From an uncultured virus (IMG/VR IMGVR_UViG_3300030376_004046) (Duplodnaviria > Heunggongvirae > Uroviricota > Caudoviricetes), in the IMG/VR virus record IMGVR_UViG_3300030376_004046, positions 1-64,000 of that record: DNA of 64,000 bases. The stretch is one strand, 5' to 3'. The translations under genes were made by a program, and so were the position numbers. The notes beneath the pieces are model-generated. The model was not told the DNA's origin, made no database searches, and saw nothing but the letters and a program-made list of their open reading frames with translations. Positions within the stretch are counted from its first letter, which is position 1; the number at the start of each line of letters is the position of its first letter. Positions 7,715 to 16,976 of this stretch are shown one piece after another.

Positions 7715-8161
7715 ATGAAGAAACTACTAATTATAATTTTACTATGCTTTAACTATGTTAATGCTCAAACAATATGCGACTCTCTATCTTTTAGTGTAGG
7801 TACAAGCTCGGCGCTTACGGTTATAGGTGTAAACAGTTCTTCAGACAGCACTAACTTTATGTGGGGTGTTTGTGATAACAGCATGTGTTATTCTTCAAGT
7901 GGCGATACTGCATATTTCTTTTTAGTTAATCCAATAGATACAGTAAAGGTATGTTATGATATATCTCCACAGTGGTCGTGTAATGAGTGTTACTATGTTA
8001 TATTCAACGGTTTCACATGGCAACTACTTGATTTCACTACACATGTAAGTGAAGTAAAGCCACAACCTTGCAATAACAAAATATACGACTTGTTAGGCAG
8101 AGAGCTGCGTTATATACCAAAAGGAACTATATATATAAAGAATGGTATACTTTATAAATAG
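7715..8161 (+). CDS. Secreted Cys-rich protein with a T9SS-like C-terminal sorting tail
   Basis: Signal peptide MKKLLIIILLCFNYVNA|Q; C-terminus NNKIYDLLGRELRYIPKGTIYIKNGILYK. Confidence 0.7.
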   Translation: MKKLLIIILLCFNYVNAQTICDSLSFSVGTSSALTVIGVNSSSDSTNFMWGVCDNSMCYSSSGDTAYFFLVNPIDTVKVCYDISPQWSCNECYYVIFNGFTWQLLDFTTHVSEVKPQPCNNKIYDLLGRELRYIPKGTIYIKNGILYK

Positions 8162-8162
8162 T

Positions 8163-8191
8163 GTAAATTACTTGTTTACTATGTAATAATA
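8163..8191 (+). promoter_or_regulatory. Class II phage promoter GTAAA-N15-GTAATAATA
   Basis: Matches the motif at 1446, 36254 and 48798; ends 6 nt before ATG 8198. Confidence 0.65.
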
Positions 8192-8197
8192 CTATAT

Positions 8198-8434
8198 ATG
8201 AAAGGATCACCGATTAGATTAAAACAGAAATTATCACCTAAGGCTGCTGCTGCTAAAAAAGCTAGAGATATAGCGTTTGCTAAAACTCCCGCTAGAAAAC
8301 GCAAAAAAGCACAAAATCAAAGATTAGGTCAAAGATCAGATAGTGACATACATCATAAGTCTGATGGATCAGTGGTAAGAGTATCTGTTAAAAAAAATAG
8401 AGGTAATTTTGGTGAAGGAACAAAAAACGAGTAA
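8198..8434 (+). CDS. Small basic protein, possibly a degenerate HNH
   Basis: DIHHKSDG...SVKKNRG; N-terminal MKGSPIR tag. Confidence 0.5.
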   Translation: MKGSPIRLKQKLSPKAAAAKKARDIAFAKTPARKRKKAQNQRLGQRSDSDIHHKSDGSVVRVSVKKNRGNFGEGTKNE

Positions 8435-8436
8435 AT

Positions 8437-9219
8437 ATGGCATTTAAAATGAAAGGAAGTCCTCATAAAAATGGAGGCATACAAGGATCTCGCGTGCATA
8501 AAAAATCTATAGCTAGAGCCATGCAACCTTTAATAGGTGAAAGTACTAGAACAAAAGCTGACTCTTCTTTAGTAAATCAAGCATATAGATTAGGTCAATC
8601 GTTTAAGCCTGCAAAAGTCAATTTCAAATTAGATATACCAGAGATAAAACTACCTAAAGGTGATAAAGAAGAAGAAATTAAAGGATGTACGTACGAAAAT
8701 GCTACAAATTACAATCCTGACGCAACAGTAGATGATGGAAGTTGCGAGTATCCTGATCGTACAGAAATAGTTACTAATAATGATAATGGTGATGGTGATG
8801 GTGATGGTGGTGATGGTGGTGACGGTAACGGTGATGGTGGCCCTGCCACTGTAAATAACTATATGAGTCCATCAGATGGGAACGCGTCTAACTCATTTAA
8901 TACTGTTTATGGTGATGATCCACTGACTGCAGAGATACGAGATACATCAGAACTACAAGCTGGTCAAGTTGAAGACTTAATGGATAGTTTAAGATTTAGT
9001 AGTGGCCAAGGAGTAGAAATACTGACAGATACACAAAGAGCAAACATTAAAAAAGATTTTGAAAACATGACTTTTTTAGAAAGAAATAAATTATTAAAAG
9101 ATTTACAAGGCTCTGTAATGCAAAAAAGAGACGATAGAATATATAAAAACGCTAGAGCAGGTAGCGTTTTAAGAAAAAAAATGAGAAAAAGCGGTTATAC
9201 ACCACCAGAATTTAGATAA
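8437..9219 (+). CDS. MAFKMK-tagged protein with one GCT..A.NYNP.A..DDGSC repeat and a Gly-Asp tract
   Basis: Translated motifs; GGTGAT repeats at about 8788-8840. Confidence 0.7.
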   Translation: MAFKMKGSPHKNGGIQGSRVHKKSIARAMQPLIGESTRTKADSSLVNQAYRLGQSFKPAKVNFKLDIPEIKLPKGDKEEEIKGCTYENATNYNPDATVDDGSCEYPDRTEIVTNNDNGDGDGDGGDGGDGNGDGGPATVNNYMSPSDGNASNSFNTVYGDDPLTAEIRDTSELQAGQVEDLMDSLRFSSGQGVEILTDTQRANIKKDFENMTFLERNKLLKDLQGSVMQKRDDRIYKNARAGSVLRKKMRKSGYTPPEFR

Positions 9220-9229
9220 AAAATATATT

Positions 9230-9517
9230 ATGCAAAAATTTAAAAAATCAAGCGGATTTAAAATGAAAGGGTACACCTACCCAGGAACTTCACCAGCTAT
9301 GAAAAAGAAAAACGGCGGCGTTGTAGACAAAATACATGGAGGCTTTGAAAAGGCTGCCGATAAAATGAACAAAAGAGTAAAAGACTCTAAAACAATAGCA
9401 GGCGGATTTATACATGCTATTGGCGCTTTACCTGCAAATGTAGGTGAAGTAACAACAAGATACATTAAAAAAGGCGTAGATGCTATAAAAAATAAAAAGA
9501 AACAAAAGAAAAAATAG
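9230..9517 (+). CDS. Small basic protein with an FKMKG...SPAMK tag
   Basis: ORF in the operon; Lys-rich. Confidence 0.65.
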   Translation: MQKFKKSSGFKMKGYTYPGTSPAMKKKNGGVVDKIHGGFEKAADKMNKRVKDSKTIAGGFIHAIGALPANVGEVTTRYIKKGVDAIKNKKKQKKK

Positions 9518-9562
9518 GGAAAGACCCTAGACCAAGTCAATATTAACCAAAAACAAACCAAA

Positions 9563-9856
9563 ATGACTTATTTATACTACAAGACTAGTACATTAACTAG
9601 CAATACAAAACCGAATGAAAAAACTATTAACCAGTGGACACATCTAGCTGACAAAAAGAACTGGAGAATTACACAGCTACCAAATGGATTTTACCAAACA
9701 GAGGTGAGTGATCCAAATTCTGATAAAAATTGGCACGATGTTACGCGTAGAGAGACCTTAGAAGGCGCTGAAGCAGCAATTGACGGAAGCGTTGACCATT
9801 TCTCTAAAAAAATAGAGGCTACAAAAGGGCCAAAAGTAGTAAAAACATTCAAATAG
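9563..9856 (+). CDS. Conserved hypothetical protein
   Basis: WRITQLPNGFYQTE...WHDVTRRETLEGAEAAID. Confidence 0.7.
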   Translation: MTYLYYKTSTLTSNTKPNEKTINQWTHLADKKNWRITQLPNGFYQTEVSDPNSDKNWHDVTRRETLEGAEAAIDGSVDHFSKKIEATKGPKVVKTFK

Positions 9857-9963
9857 TGAAGTTTATTAATAAAATAGGCTTAATTGCTATGGGGTGGATA
9901 GGTATATTTGTTACAATATTTCTATATTATATATCTATTAAGTCTATTTTGTTAATGTTTTAA
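9856..9963 (+). CDS. Possible small membrane peptide (35 aa)
   Basis: GTG start overlaps the previous stop; KFINKIGLIAMGWIGIFVTIFLYYISIKSILLMF forms one hydrophobic helix. Confidence 0.35.
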   Translation: MKFINKIGLIAMGWIGIFVTIFLYYISIKSILLMF

Positions 9964-9988
9964 CAAATTTAATCAAATTTAATCAAAT

Positions 9989-11446
9989 ATGGAATACAAT
10001 CAGCCTAGTGAGATTGTCAAAGATGTAAATTTTGGCGATATTGCTAAAAATAAAGTAATTGCTGGTGTTGAAAAGCTAGCAAAAGCAGTAAAATCAACCT
10101 TAGGAGCATCTGGAAAGTGTGTTATATACGAAGATGCTAGAGGTAACCCGGTCATAACAAAAGATGGTGTAACCGTTGCAGAATCGGTAGTCTTATTTGA
10201 CCCGGTTGAAAACATGGGTGCTACCCTTATTAAGGAAGCTGCTAGAAACACAGTGAGAGAAGCGGGCGATGGAACAACTACAGCTACCGTACTCGCTGAA
10301 TCTCTATTAAAAGAAGTAAACAACAGCGAAGGAACTGTTAGAGAGATAAAAGACGGGATTAAATCCGGTCTTAAAAAGGTAAACGATTACCTAGATAAGA
10401 TTTCTGTCAAGATCGAAGGCGATATGCTCGAATCTGTTAGTTCAATAAGTTGCAATAATGATGCAGAACTAGGAAAGATTATAGCAGAAGCTTATACTAA
10501 AGTAGGTAAAGATGGTGTGGTGTTAATGGAAGAGCTTGATAACCCATTAGTATTAATAGTATCTTCAGAAATACCAAACATAAGAAAAATACAAACAGTA
10601 TTAGAGCACGTGATAAAAAACAAACGGCCTTTACTTATAGTTGCTCCAGTTGACCAACAAGTTAAAGCTGCTCTTCTTATGAATAAAGTAAAAGGTAATA
10701 TTAAAGTTAACATAATTGACTTACCAGGCTTTGGTCCTACTAAAGACGATACAGTTGCTGACTTAGCTTTTCTTGTAGGAGCTAAGGTTATAAATGAGCA
10801 ACTAGGTGATGATCTTGATTTAATCGATGTAGATTGTTTAGGTGAAGCGTATAACGCTATTACTGATGATAAAAACACGGTGTTAACTATAGAAACTCCA
10901 GAAGATCAAATGGAGGAAAGAATTAAAAGTATTAAGAAAACTATAGATAAATGGGAAAAGAATCCATTTATACAGAAAAAACATAGAGAAAGATTAGCTA
11001 TGCTATCAGGATCGGTTGGAATGGTGAAGGTAGGTGCTGATTCTAAAGTTGAACTTAAAGAAAAGAAAGATAGAATAGAAGATGCTATTTACGCTACAAA
11101 AGCGGCTTTGAAAGAAGGAATAGTACCAGGAGGAGGTGTAGCACTGCTAAACGCGTCTCAAAAAATTTCGACCGACTGCGTCGGTGAAAAGATATTACTA
11201 GAAGCTATTTCAGCACCTTATAAAACTATATTAGAAAACGCTGGTTTAGTTATGAACGTAAATATCATAGAAGGTACTGGTATTAATGTAATAACAGGTA
11301 AAGCAGTTGACATGATTGAATCTGGTATTATAGATCCAGTTCTTGTTACTAAGTCTGCGCTTAAAAATGCAGTAAGTGTAGTATCAACAATTATATCTGC
11401 AGATTGTGTAATTTCAAATATGAGAATGAATGAAAGNNNNNNNNNN
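9989..11446 (+). CDS. groEL: Chaperonin GroEL (Cpn60) with an apparent internal deletion; true stop lies in the N gap
   Basis: VITKDGVTVA, GDGTTTATVLA, EGIVPGGG and GIIDP motifs. Confidence 0.95.
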
Positions 11447-11642
11447 TGGTCTTATAATGACGGATGATACAGATGTAGACAACCGTTATATAAAAGCAAA
11501 AATAATATCGTGTGGTAATTTAGTTGAAGGATTAAAAGATGGTGACACGATATATTACGATAAACATGCTGGACACGACATATCATGGAAAGACACTCTG
11601 TATAGAGTTATTCGTGATGGTGACGTTGTTCTAGTAGATTAA
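11430..11642 (+). CDS. groES: Co-chaperonin GroES (N-terminus interrupted by the N gap)
   Basis: GLIMT...KAKIISCG...LKDGDTIYYDKHAG...VIRDGDVV, directly after groEL. Confidence 0.85.
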   Translation: MKXXXXGLIMTDDTDVDNRYIKAKIISCGNLVEGLKDGDTIYYDKHAGHDISWKDTLYRVIRDGDVVLVD

Positions 11643-11710
11643 GCCTAAACCATAATCCAAAACCCTTAAACTTAAAAACGAAAACAAATTATTAATTAAA
11701 AGAACAAAAA

Positions 11711-12031
11711 ATGAAAGTTTTACGATTCAAAAAAGTTGCGACTAGCACAAACGACGCAAATATAGAGTATTATGTTCCTGCTGATAGAATCCTAGCTATG
11801 GTTTCTTCATCTACAAATAACACTCTAACTTTACGATTAAAAGCAATTGCTGGTACAAGTAACGACACTGCTGGTGATACAATTGTAATCACTGCAACAG
11901 GTGCTGCTGAAACAACTGGTGATTTAATCGCTGAGCATTTATATGGTAATATGGCCAATGGAGCTTCACCAGTAATAGATGCTAATTTTAACAATAGCGC
12001 GATATCAGCATTGGTATTGACAGCTGTCTAA
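11711..12031 (+). CDS. Hypothetical virion-type protein, paralog of 12058-12345
   Basis: Shares PAD, NT..LR, GTS.D, ITATG and IA.H with the next ORF. Confidence 0.65.
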   Translation: MKVLRFKKVATSTNDANIEYYVPADRILAMVSSSTNNTLTLRLKAIAGTSNDTAGDTIVITATGAAETTGDLIAEHLYGNMANGASPVIDANFNNSAISALVLTAV

Positions 12032-12057
12032 TTATTAACCCTTAAATATATATTGAT

Positions 12058-12345
12058 ATGAATATTTTAAAACTAAGAAAAGATGCTAACGAATGCACTT
12101 GGTTGCCTGCTGATAAAGTAGAGTTTATAGACGTTGTTGATGCTAATACTGTTGATCTTCGATGTCTTGGTACTTCAGATGATTTAGCTTTTGACGAAGT
12201 TGCTATAACAGCGACTGGTAAATCTAGCGAAGTAGCTGAAGTAATAGCAGGACACATACATCAAAGCGCTATCCAAAAAGGTGGTGTTATTAATGTAGCC
12301 GCTATAGATGGTGTAACCAGTATAGCTGCAATAGCTGCTGCTTAA
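12058..12345 (+). CDS. Hypothetical protein, paralog of 11711-12031
   Basis: Shares the same motifs with the preceding ORF. Confidence 0.65.
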   Translation: MNILKLRKDANECTWLPADKVEFIDVVDANTVDLRCLGTSDDLAFDEVAITATGKSSEVAEVIAGHIHQSAIQKGGVINVAAIDGVTSIAAIAAA

Positions 12346-12351
12346 TCTTGA

Positions 12352-12792
12352 ATGAGATTAACCGCGCAGGATCTGCGTGAATTAAACATCCTTAAGTATT
12401 ACAGGCTCACTAGAAAGTGGGTCTGTAAAACTTACGGGTTAAAAGATGCAGATTTGGAATTATTAATTTATTTAGATTGTAAAGGAAGATTTACACGAAA
12501 CGATTTTATCAACGGAGTTTACACATATTCGTGGGATAAAGCAAGGTGGGAAAGATTAAGGGATGGAGGTTGGATTGATGTTTGGAGGCATAGAAATAGA
12601 ACAACTATTATGTACTCTGTATTTAAAACTTCTTTCAAATGCTCTCAAATGATAAGTAGAATTTACAGAATACTTCTAGGTGAGGAAGATCTTCCTACAT
12701 CAGAAAGAAGTGTATTTTATAACAACAAGTCATATACAGATAAAGTTTACAATAAAGCTATAGATGATATGATTAAAGATAAAGATAGATAA
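12352..12792 (+). CDS. Conserved phage protein, possible winged-helix fold
   Basis: GLKDADLELLIYL...WERLRDGGWI resembles a MarR-like wHTH. Confidence 0.5.
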   Translation: MRLTAQDLRELNILKYYRLTRKWVCKTYGLKDADLELLIYLDCKGRFTRNDFINGVYTYSWDKARWERLRDGGWIDVWRHRNRTTIMYSVFKTSFKCSQMISRIYRILLGEEDLPTSERSVFYNNKSYTDKVYNKAIDDMIKDKDR

Positions 12793-12796
12793 AAAT

Positions 12797-13417
12797 ATGT
12801 ATGATAAAATAAATGCTTTGGCGTCACAAATGCGTTCACCTGTAAGACGTATTACCGACCCTAGCACAAGTCAACAAAATAGACCTCTTGAAACTGATAG
12901 TTCTTTATCAGAGTTTGATAGTTTTAATTTTGACGATTTATATGGTGTTACTCCAGATGGTTTTTATGACACAACCGGAATGGGTTATAATTACACTATT
13001 GCTGCCTACGGTGATGATTCTGAGAAAAAACTAAAAAAAGGCAGGTATTCATATACTGAAAGAGTTTTAGTTTTAAATGAAGAAGCTAGAAAAATTTTAA
13101 GAGAAGATATAGAATATTTTGAAAACGCTGATGATATTGATGATTTTAGTTATGCTAGAGTAATGGAAACTCACAGCCCTGTTAGTACAGACAGGATGTT
13201 TGATGTTATACAAACAACTAAAATAGAAAATAAAGATGGTGATTTAGAACAAGTGATTGTTAAAAGTAAAAATAAAACAACAATATATACCTATGATCCA
13301 GAAAGTGGTAAACTACTTAATATAGATGACCAAGATGTAGATAACGAATCTGAATTAAGAACTAGTAGGGGTGAAGTAGAGTATGTTAAGGGTGAACTTG
13401 GTATAGGTACTAACTAA
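12797..13417 (+). CDS. Acidic hypothetical protein
   Basis: 206-aa ORF with an N-terminal MRSPVRR tag-like motif. Confidence 0.6.
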   Translation: MYDKINALASQMRSPVRRITDPSTSQQNRPLETDSSLSEFDSFNFDDLYGVTPDGFYDTTGMGYNYTIAAYGDDSEKKLKKGRYSYTERVLVLNEEARKILREDIEYFENADDIDDFSYARVMETHSPVSTDRMFDVIQTTKIENKDGDLEQVIVKSKNKTTIYTYDPESGKLLNIDDQDVDNESELRTSRGEVEYVKGELGIGTN

Positions 13418-13427
13418 AAAAAAGTAA

Positions 13428-13862
13428 ATGGCATTTAAACTAGGATCAGAAAAAGGTAATTACGCTGTTAACGGTGAAATAAAAACAAAAATGCGTTTTG
13501 GCCAGCAAGCTGGTGGAGACGCGTCTGTACCTGGTACTCCAGTAATTAGAGTACCATTAGATGAAGGTGTTATGGGTGAAGCCAACATGGATGGTAGTAT
13601 ATTTATTAGTGATCAAATAACACCTGGTAGTCAAGAAGAATCACAAGTAATAAACCACGAAATGAGACACGCTACAGACATGAAAACAGGTAAACTAGCG
13701 TATACAGACGATTATGTTATGTATAACGGAGATAAATTTATGAGAAAAAATATTAATGGTGTTGATGCTATATTGGTAGATGGTAAATGGAAAGAAGCTG
13801 GAGACACTGGTTTTCCTTGGGAAAACGATGCTAATAATGGTCACGATGAAGGATATATTTAA
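13428..13862 (+). CDS. Zincin-like metallopeptidase
   Basis: GEANMDGSIFI...VINHEMRH (HEXXH)...PWENDA; starts with MAFKL. Confidence 0.75.
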   Translation: MAFKLGSEKGNYAVNGEIKTKMRFGQQAGGDASVPGTPVIRVPLDEGVMGEANMDGSIFISDQITPGSQEESQVINHEMRHATDMKTGKLAYTDDYVMYNGDKFMRKNINGVDAILVDGKWKEAGDTGFPWENDANNGHDEGYI

Positions 13863-14064
13863 AGATAATAATGATTATAATGAAAAATCTGTTATAGGAT
13901 TTTTAGCATTTGCAGTAATGTGTGTGATTATGTTAGTAGACGTAATAACGGGTTATTTTGGTAAAGACCTAGTAATTAATGAATTTATATACGATTCATT
14001 TGTATTTGTAGTGATTGGTTGCTTCGGTATAAGTGGATTAGAAAAATTTGCAAAAAAGAAATAA
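13846..14064 (+). CDS. Two-TM membrane protein, holin-like
   Basis: Probable start at 13846 (MKDIFKD); two hydrophobic helices and a basic C-terminus. Confidence 0.6.
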   Translation: MKDIFKDNNDYNEKSVIGFLAFAVMCVIMLVDVITGYFGKDLVINEFIYDSFVFVVIGCFGISGLEKFAKKK

Positions 14065-14065
14065 T

Positions 14066-14452
14066 ATGTTAGATAAATTATTTGGAGGTGGCGCTGCTGA
14101 CCTCGTTAAAAGTGTAGGTGGTGTTATAGATGGTTTACATACATCTGACGAAGAAAAACTCGCTGCAGAGTTAAAAGTAAAAGAGTTAGTAGCACAATAC
14201 GAAACTCAAATGGAAAAAGAAATAACTTCTAGATGGCAAGCAGACATGAAGTCAGATTCATGGTTATCTAAAAACATCAGACCATTAGTTTTAGCATTTT
14301 TAGTAATATCAACTGTACTATTAATATTTATAGATGCAGGTGCTATTAACTTTGTGGTAGAACAAAAATGGACTGACTTATTACAATTAGTATTAATAAC
14401 CGTGATCGGTGCTTATTTTGGTGGTCGATCATTTGAAAAAGTAAAAAAATAA
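14066..14452 (+). CDS. Holin (GTA 3TM-holin-like)
   Basis: RWQADMKSDSWLSKNIRPLVL...GAYFGGRSFEK; probable start at 14066. Confidence 0.75.
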   Translation: MLDKLFGGGAADLVKSVGGVIDGLHTSDEEKLAAELKVKELVAQYETQMEKEITSRWQADMKSDSWLSKNIRPLVLAFLVISTVLLIFIDAGAINFVVEQKWTDLLQLVLITVIGAYFGGRSFEKVKK

Positions 14453-14456
14453 AAAA

Positions 14457-14864
14457 ATGGGAATAAATTCAACAGAAGTCTCTTATGGCTTTGGACAATT
14501 AGGTAGCGTATACACCACAGCAAGTAGTGACGCTATAAAGCCACCAACAAATAAAGTTTTTGTAGCTATAACAATGTTAGCTGATACTGTTTTTGATGAC
14601 TCAGCTGGTTTAGTTGCTGATAATCCAACTGTTAGAACAGCTGTAAATACTACAGCAGTAGCCGCTGTTTATATAGGTACAGAAAAAGCCGCTGGTGATT
14701 TAGCTGCTGGATCAGAAACTACAGACGAAGGATCTGGTGGTCTTATTATTGGTGGTAGTAGTGAAGCAGACGCCGTTACGTTTCCAAAAGGAGTTACTAT
14801 TTACGGTAGATGGACTGAAATAGATGTTCACTCTGGAGCTGTGATAGCTTATATAGGAGACTAA
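14457..14864 (+). CDS. Virion structural-type protein
   Basis: FPKGVTIYGRWTEI...IAYIG; small-residue-rich. Confidence 0.55.
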   Translation: MGINSTEVSYGFGQLGSVYTTASSDAIKPPTNKVFVAITMLADTVFDDSAGLVADNPTVRTAVNTTAVAAVYIGTEKAAGDLAAGSETTDEGSGGLIIGGSSEADAVTFPKGVTIYGRWTEIDVHSGAVIAYIGD

Positions 14865-15658
14865 TGTTAGGATTAGGTAACAGCGTAACTTCTAGTCAAT
14901 ATGTAGATAGCTGGACACCAGCAAGTTTATCAAACTTAACGTTGTGGTTAAAGGTTAATCAAAATATTACTGCGGATCAAGATAGCGGTGGTACTTCTGT
15001 CACTCATAGTACAGCGGCTGGAAATATGGCAGATCAAGACAAAATTAATGCTTGGAACGCTTTTGGTTCTACAAGTATAAACGCAGTGCAAACAGATACT
15101 GGCGACAAACCTCTTTGGGAAACAGATGCGGCAGATATTGGTGGTGTAAAATTCCATAATCAAATTAAATTTATGGATCTTTCTGAAGAAATTGATTTAG
15201 ATGCAAACACAGATTTTACAATAGCTGTAAGATTTAAAGCTACTGATTTAAGTGCTGCTCGTGGTCTTATGGGGAGCGCCGCTACTGAGTTTTTAAGATT
15301 AAATAGTAACACAACCTTAAGAGCTAAAGTAAACAATGTAAATAGAGATTTCGCTTTAGCAAGTGGAACTATAGCGACCGATGAGTACTTTACAGTTCTT
15401 ATTGTTAGAAGTGATGGTTCTACAGGGAATTTAAACGTGTTTATTAGAGGAAACGAATCTCTAAATGGTACTGCTACAGGAACACAAATGGGTAGTCAGT
15501 TAACAGACGCCGGTGAAATAACAATAAGTGACATAGGAGCATCTTTTGACGAAAGTGGTAATTTTGTAGGATTTTTTAAAGATGTACTTATATGGGATGG
15601 AACAGCTGCTAGCTCAGGAGATAGAAAAGAAATATTTGACTATATAGAAGGACAATAA
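14864..15658 (+). CDS. ConA/LamG-like beta-sandwich protein (virion accessory or fibre)
   Basis: MLGLGNS N-terminus, WTPASLSNLTLWL, DFTIAVRF and IGA...FVGFFKDVLIWD. Confidence 0.6.
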   Translation: MLGLGNSVTSSQYVDSWTPASLSNLTLWLKVNQNITADQDSGGTSVTHSTAAGNMADQDKINAWNAFGSTSINAVQTDTGDKPLWETDAADIGGVKFHNQIKFMDLSEEIDLDANTDFTIAVRFKATDLSAARGLMGSAATEFLRLNSNTTLRAKVNNVNRDFALASGTIATDEYFTVLIVRSDGSTGNLNVFIRGNESLNGTATGTQMGSQLTDAGEITISDIGASFDESGNFVGFFKDVLIWDGTAASSGDRKEIFDYIEGQ

Positions 15659-15679
15659 AATAAAATTAACTTAAATTAA

Positions 15680-15964
15680 ATGAAAATGGCAAAAAAAGAA
15701 AAGGTTCTGGATCTTAAACCAGAAAAAATAACTGATGAACAACTAGAAAAAGTTCAAAAAACAGTAAACAACATGAATAGATCACAGTTAGAAATAGGTT
15801 CTATGGAGCTTAGAAAGCATGATCTTTTGCATGGTATAGCTGGTCTTAGAGATGAACTTACTTTGTTACAAAAAGAATTTGAAAAAGAATACGGTACATT
15901 TGATATAGATATTCAAAGTGGTGCTATAAATTATACAAAAGAAAATGGCGAAGTTAATTCGTAA
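15680..15964 (+). CDS. Coiled-coil hypothetical protein (possible assembly chaperone)
   Basis: Heptad pattern ending in EKEYG..DIDIQSGAI. Confidence 0.6.
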   Translation: MKMAKKEKVLDLKPEKITDEQLEKVQKTVNNMNRSQLEIGSMELRKHDLLHGIAGLRDELTLLQKEFEKEYGTFDIDIQSGAINYTKENGEVNS

Positions 15965-16166
15965 AATCTCAGTAGGGAAAGATTACAAAAACGACGCCAT
16001 GCACTATGCTGTTGGACAAGAAGTTTATGGAGGTCATACTATTTGTGATATATTAGAAGAAGATGAAAAATATTCTATATATATCAAAAAAAACAAAGAC
16101 GTTTTACCTTGGAAAGACTTTAACAAAAACATGGCTGTATCTATAGAATATAATCTAGAATACTAA
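15945..16166 (+). CDS. Conserved hypothetical protein
   Basis: IRKISVGKDYKNDAMHYAVGQ. Confidence 0.7.
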   Translation: MAKLIRKISVGKDYKNDAMHYAVGQEVYGGHTICDILEEDEKYSIYIKKNKDVLPWKDFNKNMAVSIEYNLEY

Positions 16167-16747
16167 TGAAAAGTGTTTACAACTTTGTTGTAAAACCAAA
16201 AGGAGAAAGATACAATAATAGCAAAAAAATTGGTGATAAAGAGTTAATACTTAACACTGAAATATTTAATCATCAATATGTAAACAGAGAAGCTTTTGTT
16301 GTATCAACACCTATAATTGGTGATACAGATATAAAACCAGGTGACACAGTGATAGTTCATCACAACGTGTTTAGAAGATGGAACAATGTAAAAGGTATAG
16401 AAAAAAATAGTAGAAGTTATTTTAATGAATCTACTTATTTTATAAACCACGACCAAATATTTTTATATAAAAGAAAAAAAGAGTGGATAGCTCCAAGAGG
16501 TTATTGTTTTATAAAACCTTTAAAAGCAATAGATCAGTTTAATATTGAATCAGAAAAACCACTTCAAGGTGTTGTTAAGTATACAGATGGTACGGTGAAG
16601 ATTGGCGATCTAATTGGTTTTAGACCAAAAAGTGAATACGAATTTATAGTAGATGGTGAAAGACTATATAGAGTTTTATCAAATTTTATTACAATTAAAT
16701 ATGAATACCAAGGAGACGAAGAAGAATATAATCCAAGCTGGGCATAA
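16166..16747 (+). CDS. GroES-like protein with two tandem co-chaperonin-like repeats
   Basis: Repeat 1 FVVKP...VVSTP...IKPGDTVIVHH; repeat 2 CFIKP...GVVKY...VKIGDLIGF...EFIVDGERLYRV. Confidence 0.6.
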   Translation: MKSVYNFVVKPKGERYNNSKKIGDKELILNTEIFNHQYVNREAFVVSTPIIGDTDIKPGDTVIVHHNVFRRWNNVKGIEKNSRSYFNESTYFINHDQIFLYKRKKEWIAPRGYCFIKPLKAIDQFNIESEKPLQGVVKYTDGTVKIGDLIGFRPKSEYEFIVDGERLYRVLSNFITIKYEYQGDEEEYNPSWA

Positions 16748-16976
16748 GGCCGTTGATGAATTAATCAAAGTTGCTAAAGAACCTATTGTAGACTCTGATG
16801 ATGATATATCAGCAGATAGATTAAAAAATGCCGCGGCTACTAAAAAACTAGCTATATTTGACGCATTTGAAATACTTAACAGAATTCAAGAAGAAGAGAA
16901 CCTGCTTGAGGGCAAAGCACCTGAAGAGAGAAAGGAAAAAATCTTTAAAGGATTCGCAGAAGGCAGATCTAAGTAA
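16701..16976 (+). CDS. Helical protein upstream of the terminase (possible small terminase subunit)
   Basis: ATG at 16701; stop overlaps the terL start. Confidence 0.5.
   Translation: MNTKETKKNIIQAGHKAVDELIKVAKEPIVDSDDDISADRLKNAAATKKLAIFDAFEILNRIQEEENLLEGKAPEERKEKIFKGFAEGRSK

Noticed and set aside
8780..8840. GGTGAT tandem repeat as a regulatory repeat
   Set aside because: It encodes an in-frame Gly-Asp linker. The AGTTCATCA repeat near 34305 likewise encodes poly-Ser.
11437..11467. GroEL C-terminal extension or GroEL-GroES overlap/frameshift
   Set aside because: This results from the N10 scaffold gap, whose true length is unknown.
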